64,000 bases of DNA from Sedimentisphaerales bacterium (GTDB lineage: Bacteria; Planctomycetota; Phycisphaerae; Sedimentisphaerales; SM23-30), in NCBI GenBank assembly GCA_963666285.1, contig OY762711.1; one strand, given 5' to 3'. This document shows positions 53,189 to 62,600 of this stretch, in pieces; within the stretch, counting starts at the first letter, position 1, and each line of letters starts with the position of its first letter. The position numbers were made by a program, and so were the translations under genes. The notes beneath the pieces were generated by a model. The model had not been told where the DNA came from, ran no database searches, and worked only from the letters and a program-made list of their open reading frames with translations.

Positions 53189-53731
53189 ATGATTCCGGCG
53201 GGATATATGGCCAAAAGGGTAGTTAGTACACCAGAATGGCTTAAATCTGATGATGTGTTAGATATTTACTCGGTAAGTAGTTGTATATCTACTAACTTTG
53301 CTGACTATGTCAATTATTGGAAGCACAATGGATACTGGCTTTTTGATTCGCCAGAAATTATCTTAAAAATTGCAAAAGATAATTCGATTGATATGAGTGG
53401 TGTTAAGTTATTTTATTATGAAATCTATGAGCTTGAATATGATGAAGATGACAATCACTGGCATGAATATGAACCGGGAAAATCGTTTGACACAGATGTC
53501 CAAATACCTAGGGATAAAGTACTCGAAGGTTTTGATATAGTATCTTTTGGGGCTCGAAGTTGTGCTGAATGTTCGCCACTGTCGTGTAACGGGCTGGCAG
53601 ATGAAATCAAAACCAACCAGCATTGTTTATTAAGCTCATTTGATAAAGCAAAACAATGTTTGGAAACCGGGCTGTTTAAAAACTCAGAGCCTGGACCTTA
53701 TAGGATATTTGCCGTTTATTCTTTGGTATAG
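53189..53731 (+). CDS. Hypothetical protein
   Basis: AGGAG RBS, 180-aa ORF with protein-like composition. Confidence 0.75.
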   Translation: MIPAGYMAKRVVSTPEWLKSDDVLDIYSVSSCISTNFADYVNYWKHNGYWLFDSPEIILKIAKDNSIDMSGVKLFYYEIYELEYDEDDNHWHEYEPGKSFDTDVQIPRDKVLEGFDIVSFGARSCAECSPLSCNGLADEIKTNQHCLLSSFDKAKQCLETGLFKNSEPGPYRIFAVYSLV

Positions 53732-54121
53732 TGTACGGTTAATTTTTCCGGGGCAGAAAAAAACTTGAAATAATTCTTTCTGTTTTTAGAGAATCTAAAA
53801 ATAATTTGCCTAACAGCTAAACTGATATTTTTTTATTATAAAAAACTGTTTTTTCTAATATTGATAAATATTGCGTGATCTGTTTTTGGATTTTATTCGA
53901 TCTGTGCAAGCCACAATATTTCCACTGCAATACAAATGCAATAATCACAATCACAAGCCAATATCCGTAAAATCATCGAACTTAAATGATATTGGGTGCT
54001 TAAGATAATTTCCCGGGAATAACAGCAAATCAGGATGATTTGCTCATTATAACTAAAAGTAGGGGGGATTCGCCGGGCTCAGCTTGCCTGAGACCGGTTT
54101 GGCAGCAGGCCCTGCCTGCAA

Positions 54122-54205
54122 TGCGGATGAGAGGATTCGAACCTCCACTGAGTAACCTCAACTAGCACCTGAAGCTAGCGCGTCTGCCAGTTCCGCCACA
54201 TCCGC
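54122..54205 (-). tRNA. tRNA-Leu (CAG)
   Basis: Minus strand GCGGATG...CATCCGC-A; anticodon arm CTAGC-TTCAGGT-GCTAG; GGTTCGAATCC. Confidence 0.97.
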
Positions 54206-54218
54206 AACGGGACTGGGT

Positions 54219-54247
54219 ATTGTATTATCAATATATCTCTCTGTCAA
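54219..54247 (-). promoter_or_regulatory. Sigma-70 promoter of tRNA-Leu
   Basis: Minus strand TTGACA-17 nt-TACAAT. Confidence 0.7.
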
Positions 54248-54327
54248 GACTTGTATTACAAAAAATAATATAATTATTTTCGCCAAAAAAAGAATTGTAA
54301 TTATTTACATATTTATAAATAATTAAC

Positions 54328-54354
54328 TCAAGCTCCGCTTCATTTTACCGATAT
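54328..54354 (+). promoter_or_regulatory. Possible sigma-28-type promoter
   Basis: TCAAG-N14-ACCGATAT resembles the FliA consensus. Confidence 0.35.
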
Positions 54355-54493
54355 GTGTGGTAAGATAGGTAATCTGTGAGACCTGGACAGATAATTATAA
54401 CTGTAATGGTTTAGCAGATTGTTGTACTGAATTCTTACTACACTCTCTTAATAATGGAGTAGTTAAGATTTAATTGGAATTGGAAGGACCTGA

Positions 54494-55393
54494 ATGATGG
54501 CAGAGCATTTAGAGCAACAAATTGGAATGTCCGATAATTCAACCAGGCTGGCTTCGTTGCCGGGCAGGTTGGCTATTGTCGAAAAAATTATGGCTGAAGC
54601 GATCCGCGACCCGGAAGTCAGCTTGTTTCGCCCACGCGCCCAGTTTACTTTTTTCTGTGGTAATGACCCGGAAAAAGTTGCCGGCCATGATTTCCAGCTT
54701 GAAGTGGTCGGGCGATGCCTGGAGTGGTTTGTCTTCGATTATAAAATCCCTGATCTTTGCCAGACCCCGGCACAATACTGGTTTGCCAACAACTCAAAGA
54801 GACTGGATAAATCTGCCCGTCAGGATGCTGCTAACTGCCTGGACTATGTCCTTAGCATATTCGAGATTACCGAGGTAGACGATATCTCTGGTTTTGTCGC
54901 TGTCGATCTGCTCAGAAACGGCAGGGCATATTATGTCGATGAACATATTATTAATGATCAGCTTCAGCCCGGACAGATGCTGCTGGGACGGCTTTTCCCT
55001 CACCAGGAAAACTATTCTCTCTCCGGCATGGCGACTATTATGGATAGCCAGGCATGTTCACAGGTCAGGGCAATGATCAAATCCGGCAAACTCAGGCCCG
55101 ATAACCTTCTTCAGGATCTCGACGGCCTGGAACTGGAAAATTTATACGGTCGATCTCTTATGGGGCTCGATAAGCTGGATTCTGCTGAGCTGGAAACCAG
55201 GATAAGAAATTATCTTAGAGTTACTGATTCAAAAGTCAGTTACAGTGAACTGGTTGATCTGCTGGCGAATGCCAAAGACCCTATCGAAGGGGCTGTAACT
55301 TTCTGCCGTATGACACAAATTGAATGTCGCCACGAAATCGAACTTATTATTGCATTTCTAATGGGCCTCTGGTTCAAGATCAATGCTTTCTAA
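54494..55393 (+). CDS. Hypothetical protein
   Basis: 299-aa ORF with RBS; LEWFVFDY...SIFE...DLL...PG..L.GRL pattern. Confidence 0.75.
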   Translation: MMAEHLEQQIGMSDNSTRLASLPGRLAIVEKIMAEAIRDPEVSLFRPRAQFTFFCGNDPEKVAGHDFQLEVVGRCLEWFVFDYKIPDLCQTPAQYWFANNSKRLDKSARQDAANCLDYVLSIFEITEVDDISGFVAVDLLRNGRAYYVDEHIINDQLQPGQMLLGRLFPHQENYSLSGMATIMDSQACSQVRAMIKSGKLRPDNLLQDLDGLELENLYGRSLMGLDKLDSAELETRIRNYLRVTDSKVSYSELVDLLANAKDPIEGAVTFCRMTQIECRHEIELIIAFLMGLWFKINAF

Positions 55394-55732
55394 TCGGGCA
55401 GCCCAGAATGGCTGCTTCCGGTTTGTTATAAAATAGTCTTATTCATATTTGTTAAAATAAATGGAATGGTAAAATATCTTACCATTCCATTTTAACATTT
55501 TAAAATATGAGCTACAGTTATACGAATTTGTATAAGCTGCTTAAAAATATGTAGTTATGTGATTGTGGTGTGTTTTTAGGTCAGTCATTTTTAAAATTAA
55601 TATGTTAAAATAGAAAAAATAGGGATTTTGGCTAAACATTTTTTAACACTCCTTCCGATACCTTAATTGTCGCAAGTGATAACAATAAAAAAAGCAGAAT
55701 AAACAAAACTCTTTAACAGGAAGGACGCTATT

Positions 55733-56449
55733 ATGGATTTTGATCTTTACAGAATGAGGTATCTTGACAAAGTATTGGTTGGCGATAGAAATGGCTGCAG
55801 AGAAATACTTAGTGAAACCCTTCAAACTGGTACACCTGCTTCTACAATTTATACTGAACTGTTCTGGCCGATTATGGAAGAAATTGACAAGCTGTACCGC
55901 AAGGATAAAATCGACAGAATTACTGAGCACATGGCAACCCGCATAAATCGAACTCTGGTTGACCAGCTGCAAAGTAAACTTCCTCAGTCTGGATCAAATG
56001 GACGAAGAATTATTATTGTTTGTGCTGATGATGAGCCCGAAGAACTTGGTGCCCAGATGTGTTCAGATCTGTTTGAATCTGAAGGGTGGCGCGTAAGATT
56101 CCTGGGCGGCGGAGTTCCTAACGATGAAGTCCTTGGTTTGGTTGGCACTTTCTGTCCGGATATCCTCTTTGTTTACGGCACAAAACCAAGTGGGGCACCA
56201 AATGTCAGGTTCCTTATCGATTCTATTCGTAACATCAATGCCTGTCCTGATTTAAGGATTATGCTTTCTGGCGGTGTTTTCAATCGTGCTGAAGGGCTTT
56301 GGGAAGAGATCGGTGCCGATTTGTTTGCTCCTAGTGCTCGTGAAGCATTGAAAATTGCACTTACTGACCGCAAAGCCAAACCTTCTTCCAAGCGTCGCAG
56401 TCGTCGTTCCAGGCTTCGTGATGAACTTGGTGAAGAAGTAAATGTATAA
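55733..56449 (+). CDS. Stand-alone cobalamin-binding-domain protein
   Basis: Cap domain with EHMAT, then Rossmann part ELGAQM..D.FE..GW.V.FLG...SGGVF...GAD. Confidence 0.85.
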   Translation: MDFDLYRMRYLDKVLVGDRNGCREILSETLQTGTPASTIYTELFWPIMEEIDKLYRKDKIDRITEHMATRINRTLVDQLQSKLPQSGSNGRRIIIVCADDEPEELGAQMCSDLFESEGWRVRFLGGGVPNDEVLGLVGTFCPDILFVYGTKPSGAPNVRFLIDSIRNINACPDLRIMLSGGVFNRAEGLWEEIGADLFAPSAREALKIALTDRKAKPSSKRRSRRSRLRDELGEEVNV

Positions 56450-56509
56450 TTATTTACCGATCGTGTGGATTGGTTTTATATGAATACGAACGTGTATTCG
56501 TCTTTCGGA

Positions 56510-56539
56510 AAGGGCAGTCTTTCGGCTGCTCTTTTTTTT
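56510..56539 (+). terminator. Intrinsic terminator
   Basis: AGGGCAGTC-TTTC-GGCTGCTCT stem-loop plus T-tract. Confidence 0.7.
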
Positions 56540-56856
56540 GAACTTATATGCCATAGGAAGCTAAGTTATATCTCGAATGCAAATTATTTTTCAAAATATT
56601 TGTGTTTTTAGAGCATTTAACGTGTTGGTCATGGGCTGCATTAGGTATAAGTTCTGTTTTTACAATTGTTTATATTAATTTTTGCTCGAGTTGTCCTAAC
56701 GTAAAAATAATGACGAATTGGATAAATTTTTTCAATTATTATGCCGATTAATATTGACATATCTTTTTAAGATAGATAATATATTATAGTAATTACGATG
56801 AGAAAATTTGAATTACGGAGATAACTTTTGTCATACGACAAAGGAAAGGAAAATTG

Positions 56857-57381
56857 ATGAAGTACCTATCTATTATATTACTTCTCGTTGCCGGGCTGGC
56901 TAATGCTGCTTTAATTGATTATGTTCAGATAGATGCCAGTGGCACTAATTCTGGACTGTGGGATATTACTTCTATTAGCGGAGATGCTGTTGAAGCCAGA
57001 GGCGTAGTAGACGGCCTGACTGGATATGTTGTAGTTGGTGAGACTATTGATCTTGCTGATTTTGACGTTGCTTTATTCTCTGTTGATGTTAAAAATGTTG
57101 ACCTGAATGATACCTTTGGGTATTTCCTTTACGGGGCTGTTGGTTCTACTATCGTTATGGATGGTATGGATACATTAGCTCCTGGCGATTCTGCTACCTT
57201 GACCTTTGACCCGCTTAACTACGCTTCTTTATCTGGCTCTGGCCCGATAACATACGGCGTTGGCATCTATGGCGGTGATGATATTTTTGTTACAGAGCTT
57301 AGCCGCTTGGTTGTACCGGAGCCTGTAGCTGTTGTCTCACTTGCTGTTGGCGGATTGGTTGTCCTACGCAGATTTAAGTAA
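56857..57381 (+). CDS. PEP-CTERM sorting domain protein
   Basis: Signal peptide; tail VPEPVAVVSLAVGGLVVLRRFK. Confidence 0.88.
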   Translation: MKYLSIILLLVAGLANAALIDYVQIDASGTNSGLWDITSISGDAVEARGVVDGLTGYVVVGETIDLADFDVALFSVDVKNVDLNDTFGYFLYGAVGSTIVMDGMDTLAPGDSATLTFDPLNYASLSGSGPITYGVGIYGGDDIFVTELSRLVVPEPVAVVSLAVGGLVVLRRFK

Positions 57382-57407
57382 CGCTTATATTAGCATTTAC
57401 GAAATTC

Positions 57408-57444
57408 AAGCGATACTGATATTCTCTTCAGTGTCGCTTTTTTT
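57408..57444 (+). terminator. Intrinsic terminator
   Basis: AAGCGATACTGA/TCAGTGTCGCTT stem plus T-tract. Confidence 0.7.
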
Positions 57445-57494
57445 ATGCGCGTTTCTGTTGAACTGCTTCTTGTTTCCGGCTATAATCATGCACC

Positions 57495-58277
57495 GTGAGT
57501 AAAAAGCTTAGCAATATCATTATTTTTGTTTCTCTGGTTATCTTGACAGCTGCTTCTGTTGCTGCCGCATTTTTAGGCGTTGACAAAGCTGGTGCTATTG
57601 CCGGCAGTTTACCAACTTTGTGTTTTGGCATAGCTCTAATTATCCTTTTTGCATTTTCTTTTTTTCGTTTTCCCAGGCTTATCAAGGCTCCGGGCCTTTT
57701 AATGGTTCATCTTGGTTGTATTGCTATTCTGCTCGGTGCTGCTATTGGTGGTTCCTATAGCCATTTTATTCGTCAGGAGCTAAAAGAGATCCCGCAGATG
57801 GGAGAGTTCAGAGTTGGTAAACTGCATAAAGGACAAATGCAGATTGACGAAGCTAACTATTCTTCTGTTAACCGGGGTATTTCACTGGATGGCCTGCCCT
57901 GTGTAGATGTTTTACCTTATAGGATTTATCTCAGGGAGTTCAGGCTTGAGCTCTATGATTCGGGTATGCCCAAAGATTATATTAGTGAACTGATGATTAT
58001 TTCTGATGAAGGGCGTCATTATGGACCATTTGAAATTGAGGTTAATAAGCCTCTTCATTATGCCGGATATCATTTTTATCAGAGTAGTTACGGGCAATAT
58101 TCTGACGGCAGCTACTGCACTGTCCTGAGTGTTGTTTCCGATAATGGACTCTGGCTTGTATACTCCGGGTTTTTCCTGCTGCTTTCCGGCGTTTTCTGGC
58201 ACTTATGGTTTCGGCCAATCGCTCAATGGCATCTTGCCGGGAAAAAGGATCAGATAGGGGGCCCGGATGCCGACTGA
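57495..58277 (+). CDS. ResB/CcsB-like cytochrome c biogenesis protein
   Basis: MVHLG, PKDYIS.L, VNKPLHY.GY.FYQSSY, VY.GF. Confidence 0.85.
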   Translation: MSKKLSNIIIFVSLVILTAASVAAAFLGVDKAGAIAGSLPTLCFGIALIILFAFSFFRFPRLIKAPGLLMVHLGCIAILLGAAIGGSYSHFIRQELKEIPQMGEFRVGKLHKGQMQIDEANYSSVNRGISLDGLPCVDVLPYRIYLREFRLELYDSGMPKDYISELMIISDEGRHYGPFEIEVNKPLHYAGYHFYQSSYGQYSDGSYCTVLSVVSDNGLWLVYSGFFLLLSGVFWHLWFRPIAQWHLAGKKDQIGGPDAD

Positions 58278-59124
58278 TTCTGTCGTTAATGACAATCTTA
58301 TTCCTTTATTCGGCAGCCTGGCGATTAAGGTCAGTACCCAGGGTACATTAATATATTTAGGTATGCTGGCCTATGCCGTTTCGATGCTGTTTTTCCTCTT
58401 GCGAAAAAAACGTGTGGCTGAAACATGTTATTTTATAGCCTTTTTTATCTCCGTAATATCTTTTGTTTATCGTTGGGGCCATGTCGAACATATTCCCATG
58501 CAGAATATGTTTGAAGTGTTCCTCACGCTTGGCATGGCCGGATGGCCGATTTCTTTATTCTGCCGAAAGCTGCTAAAGGTCGGCGGTGAGCCGGGCGATG
58601 TCCTGCTCAGTTTTATACTGCTTTTCCCGGCTGGTCTGGTTTTTTCTGCTGAACCTCAACAGCTGCCGCCTGCCCTGCAGAGTCCTCTGTTTGGACCTCA
58701 TGTTGCTGCTTATATGCTTGCATATTTCGTCCTGGCAAAAGCGGCCTTACAGGCTGTCTCGTTTTTAATTGGACTTAAACATAAAGGGAATGAGGCCGAT
58801 TTACTCGTAGATTTTAATACAGGAACCTATAGAATTGTCTGCCTTGGATTTCCTTTACTTACACTTGGATTAATGCTGGGATGCGTCTGGGGCAAACTGG
58901 CTTGGGGCGACTATTGGAACTGGGACCCGAAAGAAATGTGGTCCTTCGCTTCATGGCTCGTCTATGTGATTTATTTCCACTGGCGTTACGCCTTCGGCAA
59001 AAAATACCCCAGGATTGCCTGCAGCTGGGCAGTCCTCGGCCTGATTTTCATTATCATTACATTACTATGGGTAAACCTTTCCAGTATATTTGATGGTCTA
59101 CATAGCTATGCAACTGCGGAATAA
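58267..59124 (+). CDS. ccsA: Cytochrome c biogenesis protein CcsA/ResC (system II)
   Basis: PALQS...HV, WGKLAWGDYWNWDPKE (WWD domain), GLHSYA. Confidence 0.95.
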   Translation: MPTDSVVNDNLIPLFGSLAIKVSTQGTLIYLGMLAYAVSMLFFLLRKKRVAETCYFIAFFISVISFVYRWGHVEHIPMQNMFEVFLTLGMAGWPISLFCRKLLKVGGEPGDVLLSFILLFPAGLVFSAEPQQLPPALQSPLFGPHVAAYMLAYFVLAKAALQAVSFLIGLKHKGNEADLLVDFNTGTYRIVCLGFPLLTLGLMLGCVWGKLAWGDYWNWDPKEMWSFASWLVYVIYFHWRYAFGKKYPRIACSWAVLGLIFIIITLLWVNLSSIFDGLHSYATAE

Positions 59125-59611
59125 TTAACCCTCATAAATCAGCTGTTGTATTATTAGCATGTAGAGAACAGGCGGTTTCCAGATTCCTTTTCCAAAATCA
59201 TTCTCAATATACGACTTTGTAACTTACAAACTTCTTCTTCTTTTCTTTATCCACTTCGCTTGATGAGGTGTGTGTTCGATCAAGCTTTTGAGAATATTAT
59301 TCTCAGATTGTAGTCATATTATCACTGTTTTTTAGCATTGCCTTTAACCGAATCTTTGAATATTTTTTACTATTTATCTTTCTCGTATTACCGCTTTCTT
59401 TATATTGCCCGCTGGTCAGCTTAGATTTCTTATTTTATGTTATCTGCAATTCGGTATGACAATTTCAATGATACTTTTTTTTATTGTTTTTATGCTATTA
59501 TGCCGATTTTTATAATTAGCGTATTTTTACCTTATTATTACATTAATTATATCGCGGTATGTGGTTTGATGCTATAAGCTGCTTTAGATAAATGACTTAA
59601 GGGGTTTTGTG

Positions 59612-62600
59612 GTGCCTGAATACACCGACATGATAAACAATATCGAATACTTCCCGCAGGCCAACCGCAACATGGTGCAATATTCGGTTCTGCATATCAA
59701 AATATTTGTTCATACTGATCCGTCACTGAAAAAAGATGATTATAATGTTGTTGTGAGAACTAACCTCAATCAGGCTGGTCCTATAAGAAGCCAGTTTATA
59801 GATCTGGTAGAGACTGGGCGTTCCACTTCAACTGATTATTATGATATTGTGGCTGAGTATTGCAGTGATGACAAAAGCTATAACTGCAATGTATTACTTA
59901 GTGATGTTGGGTTCTTCCAGTTCAAAGTTAGGGTAGAGTCTTCCGACAAACAAAGTCCATGGGTCAAATGGGCTGATGGTGAAAATGTTGGTATTAGTGT
60001 TACGCCGCTTTCCTATGCACGTGATAATACTATATATTGTGCTTTTCTTCGTAACTTTGGTTATGACAAAGAGCAGCTTGTCCTCAAAAATGAAACCTTC
60101 GAAAATCTTATCAAGGAAATAGAGTCAACCGGGGCATATGTTATTGGTGCCGGTGGAAACTTTGAACTCTTCAAAAAGGAACTGCCGTTTATTATTGGCA
60201 AACTTGGGATGAAAATTATCCATTTTCTGCCTATAAATCCAATCCCGCATAGTTATGGCCGGATGGGTATGTATGGCAGCCCTTATGCCACGACTGATTA
60301 TTTCGGGATCGACCATACTTACGGCACGTTTAGCCGCTATAAAACTATTGAAGATCAGTTCATCGATCTGACCAGTACCATCCATGGCATGGGTGCCAAG
60401 GTATTTCTGGATATGGTTATAAATCATACCGGTTGGGCCAGCAGCTTGTTGTTTACCCATCGCAAGTGGTTCAAAACTGCTAGCGACCAGAAGCTGATTT
60501 CTCCTGGTGCCTGGGGTGTTATCTGGGGTGATCTTGTTGAGCTCGACTATAAGTATAAAGACCTGTGGCAGTATATAGCCAAGGTTTTCCTCGCATGGTG
60601 TGAAAGGGGAGTTGATGGTTTCAGACTTGATGCCGGTTATATGATACCGGTCGAGGTCTGGCAGTATATTATCAGTAAAGTACGCGAAAAATTCCCGGAA
60701 ACCATGTTCCTGCTCGAAGGGTTAGGCGGTCCGCTCGAAGTTACAGAACAGCTCCTTACCGATGGTATGATCAATTGGGCCTATTCCGAGCTGTTCCAGA
60801 ACTATGACAAAGCCCAGCTTGATTGGTATATGCCTTATGCCAATAAGGTTTCCGCCCAGAAAGGCGTGCTTGTCAATTATGCTGAGACCCATGATAATGA
60901 ACGACTCGCCAAAAAAGGTAAAGTCTATACTCTTATGCGACTTTACCTCTGTGCCTTTACGGCTCCCGCTGGTGCCTGGGGTTTTGCCAATGGTGTCGAA
61001 TGGCTTGCAACCGAAAAGATCGATGTCCATCGCAATACCGGCCTGAACTGGGGGGCAGAGGATAATCTGGTCGAAGAGATTGCCGAAATCAATAAGATCC
61101 TCCGCGAAAATCCGGCCTTCTGGGTTAATGGCAACCTCAATATGTTTGATTGTGGTAACGATCAGGTATATGCCTTTTCGCGATGGGATAATAGCACTGG
61201 TAACTCAGTGGTTTGTTTTATAAATCTTGATACTGTAAGCCCGCAGAATATTTCCTGGAATATCGGCAGCTGGCAGCTTGAGAATTCTTGCTGCTATAAT
61301 GAATTACTGGGTCAGAAACACAAGTTCTCCGAAGCCGGTGATTATCACCTCGAACTTTCTCCCGGTCAGTGTATGCTGTTCAGGCTGGAAAAATCTGATT
61401 CTGTTTATGAAATAAAAATTCCGGCTCTATACGATACCGATATCGCAAAAACCAGGTTAATCTACCAGGTACTTCTCAATAAGTTCAAACCGGAAGAAGT
61501 AGGGCTGATCGATCAGGAAAAACTGCTTAAATCTGTAACTGATTTACGACGTTTTATCGCACTGGTACAGACCTCTGGTATTAAATATCTTACGCAATGT
61601 GACCTCAAAGCTGCTATGGACCAGCTAAGCCAGGCAGTTGTTAACGAACACTCGACTGTATGGAATTTCAGGAAATGCAATAAGGTGTTTATGATACCTG
61701 GTGACAAGTGGCTGATTGCTGAAACCTTCATGCCGTGTACCGCATACCTGAGATTAGCAGAAGGAGCGGATTTTGATATAAATGTTTTGAGCAGGACAGA
61801 GTGTAATGAAGATGATAATGTTATTATCCAGGATTCTATTCCTGCCAATAAATTTCATCATTGGGCTCTCTTTTCGCCAATGCCGAATAATCAGTATGCA
61901 ATGCTTAGTTTCAACTGGGTTATTGAACATGACCGGATGATTCAGCGGCAGCGACGCAGTGAAGAGTATCCTGTTCTTTCTGTGCCGGGTGGTCAAAAGC
62001 GGTTATCTGCTGCTAAAATTTACCCGATTGAAATCCAGAAAGAGGAGCTCAAGCCGAATTACCAGAATGTTACTATGGCCAATATCCACGGGTCTGTATC
62101 ACAGATGCCGGCATTACCTGCAAAATTCAATACCAAATACGATTCGATTTTGAGTATCTTGCTCGATAAAACCAGTCCTGACCAGCGGTTCTCGCTTTTG
62201 CGCGGACTGCTTGAAACCGTACAGATTGGACAGAAATATTTTAATCTTGATGAAGGGTTTGTCAGTTCATTTACCAGGTATCCAAACCCGGTTTGGGAAT
62301 TTGTCTATGATGATGGTGAATATAACGTTGTCATCGAACGGTCGATTGCTATGTCCAGGACCGATGATACTATTATCATTCGCTATAAAGTCAATAAGGC
62401 CAATACAGACGTTATTGTCTCCGCTAAGGCTGCTATCGAATATCGCAATATCCATGAACAGTTTGTCTTTGATGATAATGGCGAAGCCGAAGGCTGGTTG
62501 AGAAACAGTTACAATATATTCCAGGATCTGGATGGTTTCTATTTTAAACCGACTGGTAATACGACCTTAAATGTCTTTACAAAGCAGGGTGAATTTGTCA

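Noticed and set aside
42900..54100. Integron or tRNA-anchored genomic island
   Set aside because: No integrase, no attC (RYYYAAC...GTTRRRY) array, no duplicated tRNA 3' end found; genes are in mixed orientation
54061..54120. TPP riboswitch or SRP RNA
   Set aside because: Has CTGAGA but lacks the TPP 3' core; no SRP helix-8 motif
59130..59570. Possible gene remnant in the ccsA-debranching enzyme gap
   Set aside because: No ORF of 60 aa or more and no recognisable motif
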